The notes under the pieces are model-generated. The model had not been told where the DNA came from. It saw only the letters and a list, made by a program, of their open reading frames with translations, and ran no database searches. Both the position numbers and the translations under genes were made by a program. Below, one piece after another: positions 40,401-49,955 of a stretch of 64,000 nucleotides of DNA. Each line of letters starts with the position of its first letter. Positions within the stretch are counted from its first letter, which is position 1. Source of the stretch: Psilocybe cubensis (lineage: Eukaryota); contig CM039007.1 in NCBI GenBank assembly GCA_017499595.2, positions 2,356,001 to 2,420,000 of the forward strand, written 5' to 3'.

Positions 40401-43400
40401 ATCTAGTTCAAAGGTTTTTGACCAAGTGTTAAAGTACTTGAGCAGCATGCCATCTCTACGGCGGAGGAGCTTCAGGACCATTTCAAAAAGAACGGAAGAT
40501 TTTTTTATAACGGCAAACTTAATGTACTCTTCCCAATTGCGTGCGGCATAATATGCCAGTGCTGTAGGATGTTCTGATGCGGCTTCCACCGCCTCCATTT
40601 CCAGTAAATAAACCGTTAATACTGTCGTGAGATGGTTATGAGACTGGATCCTTGTTGTGCGGAATTCATCACGGATACGATTGGATATAAGGTATTCCTT
40701 TACGGAAAAATGAGACAGAATGACTGTTGGAGCACACGCTGTGTTTTTGTTGTAAGTTTATATGTCTCTATGTGGTTGATAAGCACTTACTTTCTGTAGA
40801 AGAGTAGCGTACCAGAATGGTAACCAGCCCACCACATCGCTTCAGTACAGTGTTTGGATCAAGATATCTCTTCTTAGGATTGAAAGTAGGAGAGTTTGGT
40901 GAGGAGAAGTCGATGGTGATGGTCTCGGCAAGCTCATCCACCGACATTGGGCGTGTCGAAAACGCCAGGAATTGAAGAAATGTTTTAAGCTCAAACACAT
41001 GTTTCCGCTCGCATTTACGCAAGATTCTGTCATAGATCTCGTCCAGGCCTTCCGGTAGGTTGATCAAAGCCTTTTCAAGTTCGTCTCTACTGGAGCAGGC
41101 CTCCAGTTCTGCGAGCTGCAATGCAATGTACCGGAATCTTGTAACAAGCTTAAATACTCCTCCAAGATGAACAGGAGGTTAAAGTACGCACGATCCTTCA
41201 GCCTTGTTCTTTAAGCTTGACGCTATGGCATCCCGACTTTCCTTGTCAAGGTTGGTAAAGGACAATCGCATTTGCTCGTCGATGTATGTGGCTATGTCAG
41301 TGTTGTTTTCCGCGGTCCCAACATCGACAGAGTAATCACAAAGTTCTTCAAAGACGTCCTTGATGTCTAGTTCCGGCCTACTGGTGATCACAAGGTGAAT
41401 TCGTCCACCTGATATTTTCAAAACACTCTTGATCCAATCACGCGTCCTATGACGATCTGCACACTCATCGAGTGCGTCAATGACAACGAACACACGTTCA
41501 AACCGAGCCAAAATACGGCGCAGTAGATCCTCTAACTGGTCATCCAGTGGTTGCGCTGCCCCACATTTATGGTACAAATTTACCACATCTTGTGGAATCC
41601 CACCGTGGCGTGCGTCAGAGAGTTGATACAGCAGAGAGCGAATAAACTTCATATGTTGCTGAGAATCCATTTGTCCGTCCCGTGCATCAAAGAGGAAGTA
41701 TCCGACTCCCGTTGACAAATTTGGTTCTGGGAGCCTATCTATAATCGAGGAGCTGATCATCAGATTAGTACCTTATCGGATTGCACAGTGAAAGACCATA
41801 ATACATGAGGATAGTCTTTCCACTTCCAGCTATTCAACGTATGAGTAGTAATTTGACGCCAATGAAATGCACAATGTACCTTGCCCATGCACCCAGATAA
41901 ATCCAGGGCGTTCCAACCATCGAGAGAATCTCTCATCTTCATAAAACCACAAGCAAGTTCCAGATTGACGTTTTCCATGTGCCTCGTTATAATTCTGAGA
42001 AATATCTATCGGACGTTCTGATGGCCATAACCACTTGTAAATCTTGTCCGCTAGACATGGAAGATCTGAGTCCCTTGCTTAACATCTCTGATCAGTAAAA
42101 TACCTAAAATATGCTCTTTCAAGACGTCCAACGTACGCCCTGTTGTGGAAATAGAGTCAAACAAAAGTTATCGTTGTGGAATACGTCTTACTGTTATCGA
42201 TATGGACCCTGCCGTAAAGTCTTTGCCTGAGAAATGTACAATCCTTTTGGCATTTTTCAATGCGTGATTTCATCTCCCCTAGCGGTGTCCTTAAAATTCT
42301 CCCTATGTACAGGGGTTAGTGACATCGACAATCACATCTTTGATGTAATTTATTACCTGCAAGAGTCCGACTGGCATAATCATGAATGAGGGCAGCAACA
42401 CGGAGAGATTGACGGGCAATGTCCTCAATGACATTTGTGGTACTCGCAATAACTGGCAAGTCCTGCAGTTCATTTGCCGTGGCCAACAGCTCGTGCAGAA
42501 CCTTCGCAAGGTCTTGTATGGATTCGTCCTCCTCATGGGTCCGCTTGACGACCTGACTTTATGAGTGATGCCCTAATAGGCATATTATTTGAAAAACTGT
42601 TTACCTCGTACAATTCAGCAATGACTGTCCACGATACATTGAGCAGGGGGTGTGCCTAGGCTCTCATCCTTTGAATTTTGATCCCAAGAACTCGCCTGAA
42701 GAGCAACCTACCTTCGAAAGCTTGCCAATGATGGATACAGTGATATTCAACGTTTGTTTTAGGAAGGTTGCTGTGTCCAGAAGGTCACCATCGATGATTC
42801 GCAATGCTGAAACATCTGCTTCCACAGATGCCATGAATTCTTTGACGGTGCTGTCCGTTGGAGGGACTGACGATAAAGCTAATTTCATTTTTGCTGAAAC
42901 CGTTTTTTCCGTCTTGTCTTTCAAAGCAAAACTCGAATCTATTATGTTCAGTGCGAGTGAACACGATATCTACTCGGGAATCATCCTGCTCACCATTCTC
43001 AAGGAGATCCACAACCAGACCCTCATATTGACCAACAAAATGGTCAGTACCTCTAAGAAAACCCTTTCCAAGTCCACAACAGAGTTCAATCTTGACAACT
43101 GACGACGGAGAAAGTTGGCTGATGACGTGTATGTTACACAACGTTTGAGAACATGATAAGGAGGCATACATTTGACTACTCGAGTTCCATTCCCACTTGG
43201 AAGTAGATGTATTGTATTTGAGCTTCAGCGATTTCTCGACCACTCTGTCGTCGACGAAGATTTTCACTGTATATTTCTTTCGCAATTTGTTTTCCCTATC
43301 AACTGTTGCCTCGACACCTGCAACATTGAAGAGTCAACAACCCTGTCATGGAGAGTTTTATACTGTTATTGCCTCTCAAGATTGCATTGAATACCAGGGT

Positions 43401-43415
43401 TTTATCCCCCTTCAT
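37486..43415 (-). CDS. NLR-like STAND protein: C2-like N-terminus, helical domain, NACHT NTPase and ~27 ankyrin repeats
   Basis: GTCLWF...IWVHGQ|AGSGKTIL (Walker A split by an intron), VFVVIDALDEC (Walker B), LVITSRPE, LPEGLDEIYDRIL, HFSVKEYL, then 33-aa GGxYGNALQAA repeats. N-terminal KYTVKIFVD...WEWN is C2-like. Both gene ends are approximate. Confidence 0.9.
37700..40400 (-). repeat. Coding tandem array of ~99-bp ankyrin units (198-bp dimer period)
   Basis: 27 units counted in ORF 37497-40598. The motif 'gcwgcctggagtgc' recurs on the + strand. Confidence 0.9.
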
Positions 43416-45405
43416 CAGAAGAAAAGTGGCTGTAGCAAGAGGGAGGAGAGAAAGGTGGGTTATTTGTGTCGCCCACTGCACAGCCTAGGTATTTCGAATT
43501 GACTGCTGATTTGTGAGTGGCTGTGCTAAATTCTAATCCTTCAACACAAACAACCGTTCACGCACACGTTTACCATCCACCATCACCATGTCCTTCACAC
43601 TTTGTCCTGCTACCCAACGCGCCGCGGAACTGGCTACTGCGAACACAGACGTATGACTACGAGCTTCTATAAAGCCTTAACTTGATAGGCCAGTGTGCAA
43701 ACACCTCCCCACACGTTGAACGGCGACGAATAACTTTGGCGAGCGCCATTGTACTCTTGCCATCGACGCCCTTTTTGAAAATACTGCACGCCTTGTTGTC
43801 CAGTGACCGCATACCGCACTTCACCTGCACTGCTCATTTCGTCGGATGTGCGGAGGGAGGAGAGGAGGATGGGTACGACTCTGAAGACGAGCAGGAAGCA
43901 TGTCGCCCACAGAGCATGACGGCGAAGGTGACGATGTCATTGACTGGATAATGCGCTCATTCAGAATCAGAAATGCCTGCTTCAGCTGAAGAAGTTGTCG
44001 GTGACCCGGTACTCCCTGCCCCAAGTATCCTCAGTGGGAGAAAGGAAGCGTTGCACGTCCCCGCCGTATTTTCTGCCGCCTGCATTGTCGGTGTTTTCCT
44101 GCATTTTCCAGCAACATCTCCACTAAACTTATGGCAAACGTATGTTATAACTTGTATGTCGTACTTTCCGGAATAAGCCGCTATATTGGCCAATTTTATC
44201 ACTAACATGCAGGATTTTTGCAATGGCCATCTGTTCCCGCTTCTTGGGTGGATTGTCAAACCTATCCTCCTTAATTCAGATTTTTGGTACCCGATTCTTC
44301 AACAACTTCCACATAACACTGTCATTGTCTACAAGTCATTCTGGACTGTGTTTATTTCCGTGGGTATTGACATATGCGACTCAGTCTTCGATTAGGTTCG
44401 CTCTTACCACACTGGCGAGATTGACGAACTGTTTTGAGGGGTAGTCCTGTATTAATCATACTAGGGAACTTTGAATCTTTCAGAGTCAAGATTAATGGAT
44501 CGAGAAGAAATTCATGTTTAGGTGAGCTACTACCCCGAAATCCTGGCGGTCGGACTCAAGCTGCCGAAACCTGTTCTGCGGTGTTTACATGCTTAGCTGA
44601 CACAGCCTCTCCCATCCAATTCTTTGACCTGCCCACACTCATCATGGTGGATTTGGCGCGTTTAATACGGGTTTTTGAAAGGCAGAGTTGCCATCAACGT
44701 GGGCGTCTATTACCCGGATACCACTGATTATCGCCATGCATGGAACAGTTGCGCAAAAGCGCCCACCATGCATGCTTCTTCATTACACTCACCATATAAG
44801 GGTATCCATTTGCAAGCGTTTGAGACATCGGACACAATACTATCCAATGGGGCTTTAGTTTGAGAAGCGAGACTTGTATTGCCCAAAATGTGAAGACTTG
44901 CAGGCGAATTGTGGGAAAAGTACACGTTTGTCGTGGTCTGGCAGATTATGTCCCATTAATCATGTTTTGTGATCGTCAGTTCAAGTTTGGAGAGTCTAAG
45001 GCTTCTAGTAGGGCGGATGGAGCGTGAACGCTGCGGCTGCATCAAACATAAATACATCGTTGAACAATTATTTTCATTAAAAGCTTTGATTTTTCAACCG
45101 CAATCAGAGTTATTTACATTATGAATTTATGATCCGACGAACCTTGAATTTTTTCAAACCCTTTTGAGTTTTCAAGTCAAAAGCTTCCAGGCTCCCTCCC
45201 CCTCCCTCCCCATGCATTGCGGCCTGCTCGAGTACTTAGCCCCTTTGAAGACGAGCATACATATAGACATTAATTTAATTAAATGGAGATCCTGACCCCC
45301 GTGAGAATGTTGCCCCTGTACCACTTTTTTTTCAACCCAGCCTTCCCGTTGGTTCCATCTCGCTTCATCAAAGGGGCCATTTTTTACGGGTGTACGTGTA
45401 ACGAA

Positions 45406-45422
45406 ACGCGTTGCGGACGCGT
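45406..45422 (+). promoter_or_regulatory. Tandem ACGCGT (MluI cell-cycle box-like) pair upstream of the aGPT-chromodomain gene
   Basis: ACGCGT at 45406-45411 and 45417-45422, about 170 bp before the ATG. Function is inferred. Confidence 0.35.
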
Positions 45423-45590
45423 TGTTTTTTGTGTTTGGGGGTAAAGGTGTGTGGTATACATTTTCGTCTGTTCTTCGGCGGTTTTCACTTACGGATAAAT
45501 GCCACCAGAGACCGTACACACACAGGCTGTTCTGAAGGTGTCTGGGCCGAGAAGAACGAGAACGAGAAGGCGAAGGTGAACACATAATTC

Positions 45591-47349
45591 ATGGCCCCCG
45601 TTAGGAGACACCGCGGTGCGACAAGACGAGCACGCGAGGACGGAACGGCGGACGCACCGTTCCGCGTCGAGTCCACCCCGCCAGCCAGCGACGACGATGA
45701 CGATGACTACGACGACTACTCCGTGTCAGCACCCACCCCCATGGTCGCATCTAAGTTCAAAACGCGCACGAAAACCAATACCTCTCGCTCCCGTCGCCGT
45801 CCATCACGTCCCACAGTTGCAGTTACAGCGTCGCAGTCGCCTTCGCCTACCGTGTACTCCGATTCTTCGTTGACAGTATCCACTGTTGCAGTAGCGGACT
45901 GTGACACCAGCTATGGTGCGAAGGCGAAAGGGACAACGTTGCCGGAGCCTATAATTGTGTGTGGGGTCGAACTGCAGCCGACTGTCGCGTTTGACACGTT
46001 CTGGCGCTTTGCCGCTGAGAGAAAGGCAATTGATGATAGACGCCGTGCCGGGCAAAGTCCACCGTGAGTGTTTAATGTTTATTTTCTTATTACACTTGTG
46101 ATAGACGGTTTCTGTTTTGTTCACATGTCGAAAATGAAACTAAATCATGATCTAATGCTTACGCGGGGTTCTTTCTGTTTTTTTCCCATGCAGTTTCACA
46201 GAGGATAAGATCTTACGGGACTACTTCTTTTGTAACACATACCGCGTCCTCGACAAGCTATCTCAATATCTCATCAAAGAGGTGATAGAGAAAGGATCGC
46301 AAGACCCAGAGGAGGTTGTGTTCCGCGTCCTGTTGTTTAACAGCTTCACCCGGATCGAAACCTGGGAACTGCTCGACCGCGAACTTGGCCCGCTGACATG
46401 GGCGACCTACGACCGTGACGCCTACATGGTTGTGCTCGCCGCCGCATCCGAGAGTGGTGCGAAGCTGTACACCGGTGCCTTCATCAAGCCCGCTCCTCAC
46501 TTCGGCTACGCGCACAACTACGCGAACCACCTTTGCCTGCTCGAGGCATTCATGATTAACCAGCTTCACGCGCGTCTGCGCGCCGCACCGTACCTCGCGA
46601 ACGTGTATGAGTACATTATCGCATTTCCGAGCATGGGTGCGTTCTCAACGTACCAGCTCATCCTTAGCTTGTCGTACACCAAAGTGCTCAACTTCCATCC
46701 CGGCGATCTCGTTGTGTCTGGTCCCGGGTCTGAGTCGGGTCTGAACAAGCTTTTCGGAGCGCGTGCCATGGCACGCGGTCGCGCGCAAATGGGGGATGAG
46801 TTTGAAGCGGAGGTGATACGCTACCTCGCAGCGTCACAGGCTTATCACTTTCAGAGACTGGGTTTGGAGTTTAGCGGGCTTGGGCCGAAGCGTCTCCCCA
46901 TGACGGTCGTGGACATCGAGCACACATTGTGCGAAGTAGACAAATATTGCCGGGTCGCCCACCCGCAGCTTAAGGGCAAGCGGACTAATTTACATCGCAC
47001 GTTCCGCCCGTCATCAGTTGGCGCGGAGGGTGCGGATGCCGGGCGGTCTTGGGCGCTCCCTAAGGCAGTATTGCCCAAGGCGTGGGCGGACCCGCGGCGG
47101 CGTACATCGCGCATCCGTGAAGACCGTACGCTACATGTGGAGAAACGTTACGAGATCGAATCGTTGCGGGACCATCGCGAGGCGCCTAACGGGCAGGAGC
47201 GGCAGTTTCTGGTGTACTGGGTCGGATACCCACCGAGCGAGGCGACATGGGAGTTTGAGTCGTCGCTGGCGCATGATGCACCGCTCGTAGTGGCACAGTA
47301 TCGCCAGGCGCATGGGCTGCCTAAGCGGGTGGACGCGCCCGACGCTTGA
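45591..47349 (+). CDS. aGPT-PPlase1 / amino acid:DNA transferase-like (5-hmdU kinase-associated helical) domain fused to a C-terminal chromodomain (~542 aa)
   Basis: Exons 45591-46063 and 46194-47349 join in frame. Motifs FWRFAAER..I..RR..G..PPFT.D.IL.Y.FCN.YR.LD..SQYLI, FR.LLFN.F...ETW, LYTGAFI, G.F..YQ, IEH.LCE.DKY.R. Chromodomain YEIESLRDHR...QFLVYWVGYPPSEATWEFESSL. Confidence 0.8.
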
Positions 47350-47704
47350 TTTGAATGGGGAGGCGCCGGGGAGGGTGAAGCGCTTTATTTTATCTAGACT
47401 CCATTTACTTCTGATCTATTACGTTACTTTTTTCTTGGTTTTATTCATCCGTGCATACGTGTTATATGTTATCGCCATCGTCCTGCTATTTCTGTATTTG
47501 TTGTCAATATTGTGATACTGTTATACCGTTGTAATTGAAATGCTTGCTTGCCTATATGTCATCAGATTTCTTCTATCTGAACAATAATCATTCATAACCA
47601 GGGATGCAATTTGCTCTGAGTGTCTAACATGTAGATGTGTAGACATAAGACGCGCATGTTGACCGCTAACTTCCCTGAGCCTATATATCTACTATATTGT
47701 AATT

Positions 47705-47877
47705 ATCTGTGTTCTGAGTCTAAGGGAAGTGTAACGTAGCGTGACACAGAACCTCGTCTATGTCACGGCTGAGCGAAATTTTGTGAGTGCACCTTGCCTC
47801 TCACCTTCGCTCAGCCGCAATCTGCTTCTACGAGAAATTCCTTCGTACAGCAATTTCTCGCTCGAACAAAATTTTGA
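47705..47877 (+). repeat. Split direct repeat A1 (173 bp)
   Basis: atctgtgttctgagtc...caaaattttga, read as identical to 53624-53796. Confidence 0.95.
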
Positions 47878-47963
47878 TTAAGTCATACATTGCACGGTCA
47901 CTCCGTTTACTCATACCTCAACAAAAAAAAAAAAAAAAAAAAGCAACCTACTCTTCATCTCAC

Positions 47964-49955
47964 ATGGCACACACACCTTTGCTAGACCCGCGCAGAGCTG
48001 CGTGCCCGGATTATTCCTCGGAGGCATATGCCGCGTGCAGGAACACCCTCATCCAGGGCGGCATGGAAGAGGCCGCGGCTGTGGAATTCCTCGTCAAGAT
48101 GTGGGAAACGCAAAATGTCGCCGACATCGCCATTTGGGACGCTAGGGAGGCCGAGCGACAGGCGGCGACGGCTGAAAATGACCGCATTCGCCGGGAGGCA
48201 GAGGCCGCAGCCGAGGCGATGCGCGTCCAAGAGATTGAGGCGGCCGACAAGGAAGAGAGGAAGAAGAATAGGGCAAAGTTCTTACCTATTGGGGATGGTC
48301 GTGTGCCTGACACCATGCCTATCATTGTACCAGCGGCTATTACAGCCAAGCTGCGCGCTGGACACAGAGTTGATTTGTGGCACTACACCAACGCGGGGTT
48401 GCTGCACGCCTCGGCGGACCTCGATGCGGAGTCGAACAGAGCTGGTTCATTTGTGGCCGCACCGGACGGCACTGTGGAGTTTCGTCCTACGCTAGCAGCA
48501 GCAAGTTCCCGCGCTGTCATTCAGGACCGTGATCTTTCTATGGAAGACTTCATGGTGGCGACGTATCGGCTTCTGGCGGCCATGAAGGAGGCAGGGTGGC
48601 CGAAGGATCGTGTACGCATGTTTGCGGACTTTTGGAACAACATCAACAATCACCCTCGTCGTGTCTCGCGCGACCCTCGAGACGTGCGTGCTCTTTTACT
48701 CTACCAGGACGAGCAGCGCACCCAGTGGCACAATATTACCGCGTCAGCCACGGGCGCTACCTATGATCTGTCGGTCATCAATGAGGTTCGCCTTGACGAG
48801 GCTTTTAGGACCATATGCACCGCTGGCTACGACAGAGAAATTCGGTGAGCAACACAGTTTTCTTCCTTCTCGAGTCGATCGTTGTTTGCTGACTGATGAC
48901 CCTGTTTCTTCCTTCCCCTCCCTTCTCTCTGCATCTGGTGGCACAATCTGCGTTGCGGCAATGCTCGCGGCCACGTACTTCTGACATGCAAAACACAACA
49001 TGCGTTTTCAACACACCTCCGCAATGCGTTATGCGTTGTGCGACCCGACATGCGACATGCGTTGCGTTTACACCATGCGAAACATGCAATGTGCGATGCA
49101 TTATACAACGTGCGATGTGCAACACGTGTGCGATTATGCGTGCTATGACCTGCGATGTGCGATATGCGTTGTTGTCATCCGATACGCAATGTTCTGCGAT
49201 ATGCGGTGTGCGTTTTTTTTTTTTCTGCGATTCTGCGTTCTGCGTTTTGCGTTTTGCGTTGTGCGTTTATGCGTTATGTGTTGCGCGTGGCGCTGGGTGC
49301 CCTGGGCGTGGTGCAACTCGCGACATGCATTATGCGGCTTCCAACTGGTTTTGTCACTACAAATTGCACATCAAAAAATGTGCCACGTACGTGGCGGCGA
49401 TATGGTTGGGAATTCTTTTCTGCATCTGTTTTCCGCGTTGTCAGTGCTGCAGCAGCATTGCTGAGAGACCAAGGTTGGGATCGCCGTGGGGGAGGGCGGG
49501 AGCGAGATGAGCGACGCTACCATGGGAGTGGCCGCGAGCGCGACGAGCGCCGCGGATACGATGCAGATCGGAGAGGACGACACAACGACCGGTACCTGGG
49601 GCAACAGAGGCAGCGTTCAGCTTCCCCACGGCGGTTTCTCCCGCGGGATTTTCACGCGGGCGCAGGTTCCTCCAGCCCCAGAATCTGCGCGGTGTGCCTG
49701 GGGCACTCGACACCCCACCGCCTCAACGAGTGCGCAGCAGAGTTCACGTGGAACAATGCTCACAAAACTCACTCGTTCCGCGGACCAGGGCCCAAGTACG
49801 ACCTCATGTCCCGCTCCGACAACGCTGTCTTGTGCCTCGATTGGCAGAGGAGGAATGGATGCAGCCAAACAGGCCACAGTCTGCGGCACCGCTGCTCTGG
49901 GTGCGGCTCCGCCTCGCATGGTGCTCACAGCTGCACTCGAGCGGAGAAGCTCTGA
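47964..49955 (+). CDS. Gag-like ORF1 of the retrotransposon (predicted spliced: 47964-48844 + 49445-49955, ~463 aa)
   Basis: Exon 1 is coiled-coil rich and contains VDLWHYTNAG and GWPKDRVRMF..FW. Exon 2 has an R/D/G-rich tract and Cys/His fingers (CAVC..H..C; C.DW....GC....H; CSGC....H....C). A GT-AG join preserves the frame. Confidence 0.75.

Noticed and set aside
45591-47349. Chromodomain as part of a chromovirus (Ty3/Gypsy) integrase or as cargo of the adjacent element
   Set aside because: No integrase or RT lies upstream in frame, the gene has its own intron, and it lies outside repeat A1.
48896-49510. Cys-rich ORFs 48896-49510, 49000-49464 and their antisense ORFs
   Set aside because: By-products of the TGCG-rich low-complexity tract inside the predicted gag intron.
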